A DNA stretch of 64,000 nt from Octopus sinensis (Eukaryota). Every line of letters begins with the position of its first letter. Position 1 is the first letter of the stretch. Positions 11,826-23,169 of the stretch are shown here, piece by piece. A program made the position numbers and the translations under genes. The stretch spans positions 82,460,001 through 82,524,000 of the forward strand of contig NC_043003.1 of assembly GCF_006345805.1 (NCBI RefSeq), in the 5' to 3' direction. The notes under the pieces were generated by a model that saw nothing but the letters and a program-made list of their open reading frames with translations, made no database searches and was not told where the DNA came from.

Positions 11826-14130
11826 GTGTATGTGTGTGTGTGTGTGTGTGTGTGCAAGATGACAAGTGTGTTTGTGCGTGCGTGTGTGTGTGTGTGTATT
11901 TTTGATGAATAGACGTAATGACAAAGCCAGCTGTGGTGATGACTGATAGCTGTTTGTGTCAAGCTAGGTCAAAGACAGGTCAAAAACATCATAGTGTGTG
12001 TGTTGTTTGTAGTGTGTGTGTGTGTGTGCATGTGTGTGTTCGTGTGTGTATGCGTAGAGTGTGGGTGTGTGGCGTAACCTAGTATGTGTGTGCTTGTACG
12101 TGCGTGTGTGTGTGTGTAGGGGGATGTATTTGTGGGTTCATTTGTGTGAGAGTGTATGTATGTGCGTGTATGTGTGCGTTTGCATGTGTTTGTGTGTATG
12201 TGTGCGTGCGCGGATAGGTGTATATTGTGTATGTATATCTGTCGGTGTGTATGTGAGTTTGTGTGTGTTTGTACGCGTGTATGTGTGTGTGAGTGTATAG
12301 TATATATATATATGTAAATGTGTGTGTGTGTGTGCGTGTGTGTGTACGTGCGTGCGAGTGAATGTATGTATATATGTGTGCGTGTGTGTACAATGTAGGG
12401 GCTTATATGTGTGTTTATATGTGTGTGCGTATGTATGTGTGTGTATGTGTATGTATGTATGTATATATATGCGTGTGTGTATGTATGTATGTGTGTATGT
12501 GTGTGTGTATGTGTGTATGCATGCGTGTGTGTATGTATGTATGTGTGTATGTGTGTATGGGTGTATGTATGTATGTATGTGTGTGTGTATGTGTGTGTGT
12601 ATGTATGTATGTACGTAAGTATGTATGTGTATGTATGTATGTACGTATGTGTGTATGTATGTATTTTTGCATGCGTGTATGTGTGTATGTGCGTGTGTGT
12701 ACATATGTATGTTTATGTATGTGTGCATGCGTGTATGTGTGCATGTGTGTGTTTGTATGTATGTATATATATGTGTGTGTATGTGTGTGTGTATGTATGT
12801 ATATGTGTGTGTATGTATGTGCGTATGTATGTATGTGTGTGTATGTGTGTGTATGTATGTATGTGTATGTGTGTGTGCGTATGTGTGTATGTATGTGTGT
12901 GTATGTATGTATGTATATGTATGTTTGTGTATGTATGTATCTATGTATGTATGGACGGGTGTATGTGTGTAAGTGTGTGTGTATGTGTATGTGTATGTAT
13001 GTATATGTACGCGTGTGTGTATGTATGCATGTGTGTATAGTATATGTGTGTGTATGTATGCATGTGTACATGCGTGTATGTGTGCATGTGTGTGTCTGTA
13101 TGTATGTATGTATATGTATGTGTGTGTGTATGTATATATGTGTCTATGTATGTATGTGCGTATGTATGTGTGTATGTGTGTGTGTATGTATGTGTGTGTA
13201 TGTATGTATGTAAGTGTGTGTGTATGTATGTGTGTATGTATGTGTGTGTGTATGTATGTGTATATATATGTATGTATGTGTGCATGCGTGTATGTGTGTA
13301 TGTGCGTGTGTGTACGTATGTGTGTATATGTATGTGTGTGTATGTATGTATGTGTGTATGCACATATGCATGTGTGTATGTGTGTGTGTATGTATGTGTG
13401 TATTTGTGTATGTGTGTGTGTATGTATGTATATGTATGTGTGTGTATGTGTTTGTGTGTATGTGTGTGTATGTATGTTTGTGTGTATGTGTGTATCTGTG
13501 TATGTATGTGTGTTGTATGTATGTATGTGTGGGTGTACGTGTGTGTATGTATGCATGTATGTATGTGTGTGTATGTATGTGTGCGTGCGTGTGTGTGTGG
13601 GTATGTGTGTGTGTATGTGTGTGTGTACGTATATGTATGTGTGTGTATGTATGTATGTGTGTATGTATGTGCATGTGTGAATGTATGCATGTGTGCATAT
13701 GTGTGTGTATGTATTTTTTGTGTGTATGTATGTGTGTGTATGTATGTGTGTGTGTATGTATGTATGAATGTGTGTATGTATGTATGAATGTATGTATGTA
13801 TGTATGTGTGCGTGTGTCTGTATGTATGTATGTATGTATGAATGTATCTATGTATATATTATGTGTGTGTACGTATGTATGTGTGTGTGAATGTATACGT
13901 GTGGGGGGCTTACGTGCGTGTATCTGTGCGTCCCAGCTAGGTGTTTATAGGAGTATGCGTATCTGTATGAGTATTGTCCCTGGTGTGTGTGCACGGGCAT
14001 GTGTGTGTGGGTGTGTGTATGGGTGTGGAAGTATGTGTGCGTACATGTGCATGTACGTTGTATGTGTGTGCTGTGTTGGGAGTAGGTGTGTTCTTGGGTA
14101 CGTGATATATATATATATATATATATATGC
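11826..14130. repeat. Degenerate (TG)n/(TATG)n simple sequence
   Basis: Direct inspection. Confidence 0.95.
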
Positions 14131-14206
14131 TTTCAAAATGTGACCTCGTGTGTACCGTTGGCGATGTTTTTTCCTCTGTCTCCCTTCTCTGGATCTCCTC
14201 TCCTAT

Positions 14207-14241
14207 GTTTCGGACGAAGAGCTCCGCTCGAAACGTTAATC
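14207..14241 (+). ncRNA. Minimal hammerhead-like motif (mutated core CGGACGA)
   Basis: GTTT-CGGACGA-a-GAGC(tcc)GCTC-GAAAC-GTT-AATC; inverted partner of 11636-11670. Confidence 0.55.
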
Positions 14242-14326
14242 TCTCCTTCTTCCTGAGCGTCCAATAATACTATATTTGTTCCACGTCCTCGCGTTGTTGT
14301 TTTTTTGTGCTTCTTGTTTGGATTAA

Positions 14327-14453
14327 CTTTATATATATATATATAATATATATATATATATTATATATATATATATATATTATATATATCTATATATATA
14401 TATATATATTATATATTATATATATATATATATATAGTAATATATATATATAT

Positions 14454-14509
<56 letters not shown>

Positions 14510-14511
14510 AT

Positions 14512-14573
<62 letters not shown>

Positions 14574-14625
14574 CTATAATATATATAATAATATATATAT
14601 ATATATATATATATAGTATATATAT
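14327..14625. repeat. (TA)n microsatellite
   Basis: Direct inspection. Confidence 0.95.
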
Positions 14626-14639
14626 GTATGTATGAATGC

Positions 14640-14850
14640 ATGTGTGTGTGTGTATTTGTGTGTTTGTCCCCACGCCATTGCTTGACAACCGTTGCCGGTG
14701 TCCTGTAGCTTAATGATTCGGCTAAAGAACCGATAGAACGATAGAATAAGTACTAGTCTTACAAACATTAAGACCTGGGGTCTTTAGAGCGGTGCTTCAT
14801 CATGGCTGCAATCAAATGACTAAAACAAGTAAAAGAATAAAAGAATATAT
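14640..14850 (+). mobile_element. SINE family B, 3' half
   Basis: gtttgtcccc...cttgacaaccg...gatagaataagtact...atggctgca..caaatgactaaaacaagtaaaagaat matches the family B tail. Confidence 0.8.
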
Positions 14851-14965
14851 TTTACAATACCACTCAATGTCATTTTCCATCCTTGTCCTTCATTTTTCGT
14901 TCTTCGATTTCACGCTTTCACATATTAGGCTTCGCGATAACTTACATCACGCAACCTTGATTCCT

Positions 14966-15170
14966 TACTAGGGGATACTGATAAGTTCCTTGCTTCAAGG
15001 ATATTGTGACAGGCCTGGGAGCTTTCGTTTACAAGGCTTAGAAAAACAGAAGGACCGTTGCAATGAGTGTGTGGATGAGAGAAGGAAATAAGTTGAATAA
15101 AATTGCTATTCACTAACCTTCCTGTATTTTCTCTTAACCAAAGCCAGAAACTTTTCAGCACCTCCCTAAC
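14966..15170 (+). mobile_element. Mariner-derived miniature relic
   Basis: Imperfect terminal inverted repeats (aggggatactgataagttccttgctt / aagccagaaacttttcagcacctccct) around a transposase C-terminal-like fragment (cgttgcaatgagtgtgtggatgagagaagg). Confidence 0.55.
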
Positions 15171-16096
15171 CCGTAGAGCTCTGTTTTTGATCAATTATTT
15201 TTGATTAAAATATCATGTATACTATAATTAAATATTTGTTGATAATCAATATTTAATGTATTCGATGTTATGCCCTTTAGATATAAACAACAGAATCTTC
15301 ACTCATTTTCTTACATATAGTTATTGCGCAGCAGTTAGGCTAGCGAAGAGGACAACTAGTTCTTATTTAGTCAAGTGTAATTTAGCGTAAGTGTGAATTG
15401 TATTAAAAACTTTTCTAAGCAGACATATTAACGTGTGTAGGAGTTTTGGCATTATGTCATTGAACCAGAAATTGTCTTGACTACCTGAAAAGTTACTCCG
15501 AATTTAGTCATTTAAAAAAAATACGTTGCAGTATATCGAGTTAGAAGACTACAAGAATCTTACTGTATGTTTGTAATTCCAGGCATATAACGTATAATTG
15601 TTGTTACATGGCGCTTGGAAATAAGAAAGAACATTGTCTTTTGGAGATTTTCTCAAGGAAGCAATAACAGATTTCTACAATTTATTTTGTTAAGAAATTA
15701 AGAAAACGTTTAATGCACTTTTGATTAATATCAAGCAGTAATAATTATATCAACTCAGACAAAACGTTACAGATTATTCATAATTATAGACTTCAGCACA
15801 TTACAGGAAGTTAGATGAAGAAAATAACAAAAATAATCAGGAGGTGAACTCAGCTAACTCTATTACAGAAGTAACTGAGCAACATGCAAGTTTTGTAAAA
15901 TTATATTTCGTTCGAAGTATTAGGAAATTATTTTCATTCTAGAATATAATTGGAATGCACAACAGTACACTATCAATTGATTCATTCAATAAATGCAGCG
16001 CTCAACCGTTTATATGTTTGTATGAATGTGCGTATATGTTGAGACGGTGAATCTGAGTATACGTATTCGTGTGTTTGTGTGTGTGTGCGTGTGTGT

Positions 16097-16146
<50 letters not shown>

Positions 16147-17481
16147 CGTAAAAGGAGGCTGTGACTACACGCAAGAGAAGATTAAAACTATTTACCGACG
16201 AATTAGTTATGTTTTGATAACAAAACACAAGAGAAATATTAAACTGCGTATTAATATTCAGTTAAAAACCAACATTTTAATACATTTCTTGTAGTAATGT
16301 TTTCTCTTTTTAAATATTTTAATTGGTTTTTGTATGACAAAACATATTCTGTATTTTACTTACATAAATATGTCATGCTTACGTTGCTGTTTAAAACATG
16401 CTTAATGTCCGTTAAATGTATATATTTATTTAAGGACCCTCAACACCTATAACACATACTTAACGACTCATTTTGTAATATTTAGATGACGGATACTAAT
16501 CCATCTCTCCGCCATCTACCTACATTCTTATAAACAACCAGGTCGATAATGCTCATTCTAGTAAATATATGCGATATTGATTTTCATTTTCAGCAAACGA
16601 AGTAAGGCAAATACGTATATACAAATAAAACAATTAATAATTATCTTTTCGAAATAAGCAAACATAATTTTACAAAAATAATCCATGATTATAAATATTG
16701 TATATTTGTACTAGTGTGGTGCATAGAATAATTTAAGTACATGCCTGCATACATAATTTGACCAATTTATTAGAAACATTTTGGGGAAAAATATTGAAAA
16801 TGTCGAAGATTTCTCTGCATACACACAAAATTCACACATACATATGTTAAATATATGCGTGTAGATGTATACGCGTGTAAGCATGTATGCATCTAGGTAT
16901 ATCTACGCAAAAAGAAAGGAAAGGAAAGCTCGTATTAATATTTACCATAAATATAGATTATTGTTACAGATTACTGTACAGTCAATCAATATCAAATCCC
17001 ATCGATAATTTCATTAACTTTTGCATTCGAACAATCTATGACTGCTTTCCAGTGCAATACTTGACAAAAGAAGAGAAGCTTCATTAAGTTATAACAGCAT
17101 CAGTCGGGAGAAAATTTATTATGTTTATTTAATCATCAAAAATGAAATAAACTATTTCAAATTCTTTCTGTGATATATATAATTCTGTGGAGTTGTTTGG
17201 TTTGTTATTTTGTTTCTTTTTTAAAATATATTTTATGTTTATTTTCTGTTGACTTTTTTCATACATTTTCCTGCTATTCAACAATGCAAAATAAAGCAAA
17301 GCATCGTTCTTCAACCTTAATATAAGTATTCCTGATATTTAGAGTTAAAATACTTTTGAGCTTCCTATTTTTAGAGATAAGTAGCTTTAGTGTGAACGTC
17401 ATTGAACCCTTCACAGTATTCACTCATATGTATATATATTTAAACACACATACACACAAACATGTATACGTAAAATTCAAT

Positions 17482-17538
17482 GCCTTACAGCTGTTTCTGG
17501 GATATCCCAGAGTACTTGATATTCCGTCATCGGAAAAA
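17482..17538 (-). ncRNA. Hammerhead-like motif (CCGATGA...GAAACAGCTGTA)
   Basis: Core-like segments flank an imperfect stem II; palindromic CAGCTG stem III. Stem I is weak. Confidence 0.45.
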
Positions 17539-17650
17539 TATAGGGAAAATGAGAAGATTATAGATTAATGAAACGACGACATAGGGGACAGGAGTAAAGA
17601 AATAAGGAGATGAAGAAAGAGAAGAAAAAAGAAGCATAAAAGTTCACAAT

Positions 17651-18036
17651 AGGCGCAGGAGTGGCTGTGTGGTAAGTAGCTTGTTTACCAACCACATGGT
17701 TCCGGGTTCAGTCCCACTGCGTGGCTCCCTGAGTAAGTGTCTTCTACTATAGCCTTGTGAGTGGATTTGGTAGACGGAAACTGAAAGACGCCCGTCGTAT
17801 ATATGTATATTTATATATGTGTGTGTCTGTGTTTGTGCCCCCAACATCACTTGACAACCGATGCTGGTGTGTTTACTTTCCCGTAACTTAGCGGTTCGGC
17901 AAAAGATACCGATAGAATAAGTACTGGGATTACAAAAGTATAAGTCCCAGGATCGAGTTGCTCGATTGAAGGCGGTGCGTCAGCATGGCCGCAGTTAAAT
18001 GACTGAAACAAGTAAAAGAGTAAAAGAGAGTAAAGA
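17651..18036 (+). mobile_element. SINE family B, full length
   Basis: tRNA-like head (ggcgcaggagtggctgtgtggtaag...ggttcagtccc), central microsatellite, (gtaaaaga)n tail. It interrupts the PLE arm at agttca. Confidence 0.9.
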
Positions 18037-18480
18037 GTTCAACTTTCCGATCTTGTAGAAATAAGTCTGTAAATCTTTAAGTGCAATTCTGCGTAAATCC
18101 ATGTAGGTTAAAGTATAGAAATCCAGGAATGGACGCGAATATATCAATTTTCAATAACAGAATGGTAGATGAGGTGGCTATTAAGTGGTAAAATGAAACA
18201 AAAATATGTAAATAGAAAGAGAAGTAGAGAGAGTGTGGGAGGATGTTAAGGATTGGCCTTAAGGATAAAGTAAGGCTTATAAAAATATAATATCTAAGAA
18301 TATAGAGTACAGCAATAGCCAAGAATATAAGAGAGGAGGAGGATGTAAAGGAAAATTGCGTAAAAAAGTAAATAAACAAAATTAATTAAAATGAAAGGAA
18401 TTTAAAGAGAAAACAGGTGTCAGTGATATTATTCTAGGAATTGGGGAGAAATCAAGTATTAAATGCTTGTGTCCCTTCTG

Positions 18481-18516
<36 letters not shown>

Positions 18517-19741
18517 ATTTGGCTCAAAAGCAAATAGCAAGGCCATGTAGGGGGACATGAGTTAAGTACAGGGTGGTGTTCATGTAAAGAGTTGAGGCCA
18601 CTTGAGGTCCAGGGAGGCTTTGAACAAAGCGGTCGTCGGCATCTTTACCATCTCGTCTGGCAGCTTGTTCCACGGATCCGCAACCCGGACGGAGAAAGCT
18701 CCTCTCCTTCGATTGAGATGAAATCGTCGCAGGTAGAGCTTTTCGGAATGACCCCGCAGCCGACGCTCTGGAGCAGGAGTGAAGAACAGCTCTTTCGAGA
18801 GGTTACACTTTCCGCTTATGATGTTGTGGGCGAGAATGAGATCACCACGGAGGCGGCGTTTTTCAAGAGAATAAAGGTCGAGCGTCCTCAGCCTTTCTTC
18901 GTAGGACAAATTTTTGAGACCATGAACCATGCGGGTAGCCAGCTTCTGGACTCTTTCGAGATGCTGTATGTCTTTGAGGAGATAAGGAGAAGAGGCTTGA
19001 ATCCCATACTCCAATATGGGTCTCACCAGCGTGACATAGAGTGGTAGGAATATGGCTGCTGTGAGCATTCCGAATGACCGTCGAATCAAGAACAGAATTC
19101 CGCGTGCTTTGTTGGCAGCATGGACGCACTGGGCCGAAGGCGAAAAGGAGGAATCCACCAAGATACCCAGGTCCTTTACCTGATCGGTCCTCTCCAGCAG
19201 CAGACGACCCGGCTCGAAATCAAGTTGAGTTGCAGTAGTAGAGCCGACAGGCAGATGACAGCACTTTGACACGTTCAGACACAGGTCCCAATTGTTAGAC
19301 CACTTCCAAATTTGGTGGAGGCATCGACGAAGATCCTCTATATTACTGCGAGGAGCGACCAGTTTGATATCGTCGGCAAATAGAAGGGTGTGTTGCGTGA
19401 GGTCGTCGGGCAAGTCATTTATGAAGACTAAGAACAACAAGGGCTCAAGCACTGAACCTTGAGGCACGCCACTGCTCGCACTGGAGACGTTGGATCGCGA
19501 ACCATTAACTTGGACTTGGAAGGAGCGATCTGAGAGGAAGGCACCAACCCATCGTACAATATCCGGATGGAAACTATATGCTTGAAGCTTGACAAGTAAT
19601 AGGCGGTGGTTTACCGAGTCAAAAGCTTTGGCAAAGTCCAATAAAACGATGTCAACAGCATCACTATCATTGAGGATGCGCGTCACCAATTCTTCCATTA
19701 CTAGTAAATTGGTCAAGCATGATCTCTTCGGCACGAAGCCG
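18481..19741 (-). mobile_element. 5'-truncated CR1/L2-group LINE with (CTAA)n tail
   Basis: Intact RT ORF, short 3' UTR and an 8-unit-scale (gtta)n tail at 18481-18517. Truncated at the GF of the QHGF motif. Confidence 0.9.
18580..19734 (-). CDS. Reverse transcriptase (C-terminal part of CR1-type ORF2), 384 aa
   Basis: SCLTNLL, LDFAKAFDSV, GVPQGSVL, LFADDIKL, LERVQKLATR, WNKLP motifs. Confidence 0.9.
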   Translation of the reverse strand: MPKRSCLTNLLVMEELVTRILNDSDAVDIVLLDFAKAFDSVNHRLLLVKLQAYSFHPDIVRWVGAFLSDRSFQVQVNGSRSNVSSASSGVPQGSVLEPLLFLVFINDLPDDLTQHTLLFADDIKLVAPRSNIEDLRRCLHQIWKWSNNWDLCLNVSKCCHLPVGSTTATQLDFEPGRLLLERTDQVKDLGILVDSSFSPSAQCVHAANKARGILFLIRRSFGMLTAAIFLPLYVTLVRPILEYGIQASSPYLLKDIQHLERVQKLATRMVHGLKNLSYEERLRTLDLYSLEKRRLRGDLILAHNIISGKCNLSKELFFTPAPERRLRGHSEKLYLRRFHLNRRRGAFSVRVADPWNKLPDEMVKMPTTALFKASLDLKWPQLFT

Positions 19742-19929
19742 GGTTAAGGTCAGTGGTTGTGGAATTATTTTTAGCAATGGGTTATGAGCTTGTATATAGT
19801 CGGGAATGGAGAAACTAGCAGAATGATATGTTATTTAGGGATACGACTAAATATTAGGGAATTTTTTAGGTTAATGTTTATACATAAATTAAAGAAATAT
19901 TTATCTTATAAAGTGAGGAGATAATGTTG

Positions 19930-20290
19930 ATAGAAAAGATATAGAGGGGTTTGTGTTATAGATCATTGAGGTTTGTATATGGGTGTTATTCGTGGGGAAG
20001 GGGGTCAATTTACATTTAAATGTATGGAATAATTTTAAAGTGGGGAGAAATTTGTGTTTACACGTTACGAAGTCTTCGTCGTGTTTATTAAGCAATTGTG
20101 GTGTGTTTGGCGTTAAATACTTGAAGATTTCTTTTAAACTGAGTCCATAAATGGAGTGCTGGACGTGATATGAGATACCAAAGTCTATTATAGCCCAGGA
20201 AAGTCTATATTCTATTTTCAATTTAATTAGATAGTGTATGTGGCCGGCTAGAGATGAGGAATTGCTTACTTTATCCTTAAGGCCAATCCT
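19930..20290 (-). pseudogene. Penelope GIY-YIG endonuclease C-terminal remnant
   Basis: SNSSSLAGHIHYLIKLKIEYRLSWAIID...LSLKEIFKYL...LLNKHDEDFVTCKHK resembles the H...W.I...E...LNKR.E...CRH ending of PLE endonucleases (recognised by eye). Confidence 0.6.
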
Positions 20291-20612
20291 TAACTTCCTC
20301 CCACACTCCCTCTACCTCTCTTTCTATTAACTTATTTTTCTTTCTTTTTACAACGTAATAGCTACCTCCTCAACCATTCTGTTATTGAACGTTGATATTT
20401 TCGCGTCCATTTCTGGATTTTTACACTTCAACCTACATGGAATTACGCAGGATTGCACCCAAGGACTTACGGACTTACTTCTACAAGATCGGAAAGTTGA
20501 ACTGTGAACTTTTATGCTTCTTTTTTATTCTCTTTCTTCATCTCCTTATTCATTTACTCCTGTCCTTTATGCCGTCATTTCCTTAATCTATATCCTTCTC
20601 ATTATCGCTATA

Positions 20613-20669
20613 TTTTCCTGATGATGGAATATCCAGTATTCTGGGAAATCTCAGAAATAGCTGTAAGGC
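20613..20669 (+). ncRNA. Hammerhead-like motif (CTGATGA...GAAATAGCTGTA)
   Basis: CTGATGA-tggaatatccag(tatt)ctgggaaatctca-GAAA-tagct-GTA; inverted partner of 17482-17538. Confidence 0.5.
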
Positions 20670-21077
20670 TTTGAATATTTTTTCCAATAATAGTAATGTA
20701 TACGACTTGTGATGTTTGCCTTGCCTTAATGTTTGTTGTCCTCTTTAACATTCATACCCCTCCCTCTCGAACATATTTTTGAATTGGCTTAACTATTGAT
20801 TTGTCATGTTTAAGGTTTTCCTTTTTAGTCTTGCTGCTGCAGCGAAATTAGACTCAATTGTTTCAACGATTTTTCCGTTCAAAAATTCTTCGCCCGACGG
20901 CATGTTCAAAACTTTATCAGAAGGCATTTTAGAATTGGTTTCCTCATATATTTTTTTCTTTTGGGTTGGAGAGAAGCCCTTGCGCAAGAGAATGAATAAT
21001 TCCACTCTTCAAGAGGGGAATAACGTTCAAAATTCTGCTAAACTCGATAAAACAAGGTGTTTTTTTTAAAAACACAC

Positions 21078-21235
21078 AACCGTCACTTAGCGGTTCGGCA
21101 AAAGAGACCGATAGAATAAGTACTGGGCTTACAAAGAATAAGTCCCGGGGTCGATTTGATCGACTAAAGGCGGTGCCCCAGCATGGCCGCAGTCGAATGA
21201 CTGAAACAAGTAAGAGAGTAAAAGAGTAAGAGTAA
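21078..21235 (+). mobile_element. SINE family B, 3' fragment
   Basis: cttagcggttcggcaaaagagaccgatagaataagtact...gcatggccgcagtcgaatgactgaaacaagtaagag. Confidence 0.85.
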
Positions 21236-21891
21236 AGGAAACAACAGCAAATTCAACAATTAAATTAACAATAACCAGCAACTTACAGGTTAATACATCA
21301 ACAGAACGGAGAAACAGCGAATTCATTTTATTTCAACCACAAGGGGACAGTAAAAATGGGTCTGGGTATCGAATGTTGTTACACATAAGTGTATCTAAAA
21401 ATGTTATGATAATATAAAACGAATGAAGGAACAGACAAATCACAACACAGGGGAGTGGGGGAACTGTTCCGACTCCGCAAGACACGTTCCACCACTGAGC
21501 CTTTTGCTTTAACTTTTCCTGGATAGCACTCACGTAGGACCATTCATTCCCAACATGCGAACCACTTGCATCCACCTTTTACCGAATCTGTCCGATGACA
21601 GACACTTCTTTTCTAACCTTATCTTCCTTCGTAGAAGGAAGACAAAAAAGTTGGTCAATCCTTGGTCAGAAATGAAAGTGCCTTTCAGACGTGCCTGCTA
21701 AGTCAATAATGTGTTTATTTTAATTTGTTTCTAAATGATAAGTAGAGCTGTGTTGATGGCGTAGATAATGTACAATAAGTTGTTCTTATTTCATATTTCC
21801 TGCAACGATGAACGGCAAAGTCGACCTTGATTCTATTTATATTCAGAAAAAGAGCTTATCCTAATTTCCTGTTTACACACACACACACACA

Positions 21892-21934
<43 letters not shown>

Positions 21935-22080
21935 ACACACACACACACTTACGTACATAAATAATTGGAAATCCTGTTAGGTATATGGATCCAATCGTCC
22001 TTGTAAAGACATACACAAGAAAAGCGTTTTTGAATAAGTAAAAAGCAAAACAAAACGTAAATAAACAAGCGTGCACAAAC

Positions 22081-22153
22081 TTCTGAAACTCGGAAGCGAA
22101 CCAGTGACCTTTAGATCTTCAGTCTAACGCTTTCCCAAATGAGCTATCTCGGC
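22081..22153 (-). tRNA. trnF-GAA: tRNA-Phe(GAA) pseudogene
   Basis: GCCGAGATAGCTCATTTGGGAAAGCGTTAGACTGAAGATCTAAAGGTCACTGGTTCGCTTCCGAGTTTCAGAA: 73 nt, canonical eukaryotic tRNA-Phe with substitutions in the A box, T arm and acceptor stem. Confidence 0.85.
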
Positions 22154-22677
22154 TGGAGTCAATATAATCGACTTAATCACCCCGTCCCGAAATTTCTGGC
22201 CTTGTGCCAAAGTTTGAAATCGTTATTACAGTGAATGGTGGTTGGTTGATTAGCATTTGTTTGTCGTTGTTTAATAAGTGCTTTGCAACAGTCTGTCAAA
22301 CTTTCTCCGTTGCTGTTAGAAATAGCAACCAAATCTCCCTTAAATAAAACTACACCGTCTGAAATAAAGAAAAGACACATTAGATAATGCTGTTGTACTT
22401 AACCTTAAATCAACAAGATGGTCCCGGAAGGAGAGATCAGCTCCATCAAGACTGGTTTCTGGCTACCCAACAATTCTACTGCCGGCACAATCATTTCAAT
22501 TGATTAATTTATTAACGAATGAACATATATTATTACAGCCATTCTCTCTCTTCCTCTTCTTTCTGTCTTTCTTTTTGTCTGTCACTTTCGCTTACTCTCT
22601 CTCTATCTCTCTCATATATATATATTTTTCTCCCTCTAGTTTCAGCTCAGAGCTGCGGCCATGCTGATGCATTGCCG

Positions 22678-22738
<61 letters not shown>

Positions 22739-23042
22739 CATACATATATACATACATGTGTGTTTGTGTTTGACGAACTTCTGTACAGCTTCCATCCAAC
22801 AAAGTTTAGTAACAATGTATCGCAGTGTGTTCGAGCATGGAACCACGTGGATGCAAAGCGAAACTTGTTATTTACGTAACCTCAAAGGCTTTTCTTGCGG
22901 CCGCCAAAACCACCACCACCACGAAGCACCTTTTCGTAACAGTCACAACAAATAAATGTCTTCTCCTTTGGTTCCCAATTTAGGTTGATAAATAAACTTG
23001 AGTATTTATCAAACAAGCTATATAAAAGTTTTAGCACTAATT

Positions 23043-23116
23043 GTCTCTGTGGCGCAATCGGTTAGCAGGTTCAAGTGTTAACCAAAAGGTTGGTGGTTCA
23101 AGCTTACCCAGGGACG
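23043..23116 (+). tRNA. trnN-GTT: tRNA-Asn(GTT) pseudogene
   Basis: GTCTCTGTGGCGCAATCGGTTAGC...GTTAACC..AAGGTTGGTGGTTC.AGC..ACCCAGGGACG: canonical eukaryotic tRNA-Asn with a disrupted anticodon stem and T arm. Confidence 0.85.
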
Positions 23117-23169
23117 ACTTACCGTTTATTTATTATTTAAATAGAAATATTGAAAAGATCTTGGGTAAA

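Larger units (their letters stand above)
11530..14330. mobile_element. Non-autonomous Penelope-like element: inverted ~190-bp pseudo-LTRs around a 2.3-kb TG-rich simple-sequence body
   Basis: 11530-11720 is the reverse complement of about 14160-14330. The arm is homologous to the 3' terminus (44790-45070) of the GIY-YIG-coding PLE. Confidence 0.8.
17480..20670 (-). mobile_element. Penelope-like element with inverted ~410-bp pseudo-LTRs, carrying nested SINE-B and CR1 insertions
   Basis: 17480-17648 plus 18037-18290 is the reverse complement of 20265-20670. A GIY-YIG C-terminal-like remnant lies between the arms. Confidence 0.75.

Noticed and set aside
12061-14143. Long ORFs of up to 472 aa (HT/YT- or VC/MY-rich), and similar ones at 33257-33799 and 45283-47426
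   Set aside because: Artefacts of TG/CA/TA microsatellites, which lack stop codons.
22112-22125. CTGAAGA on the minus strand as an HHR core
   Set aside because: It is the anticodon loop of the tRNA-Phe pseudogene.
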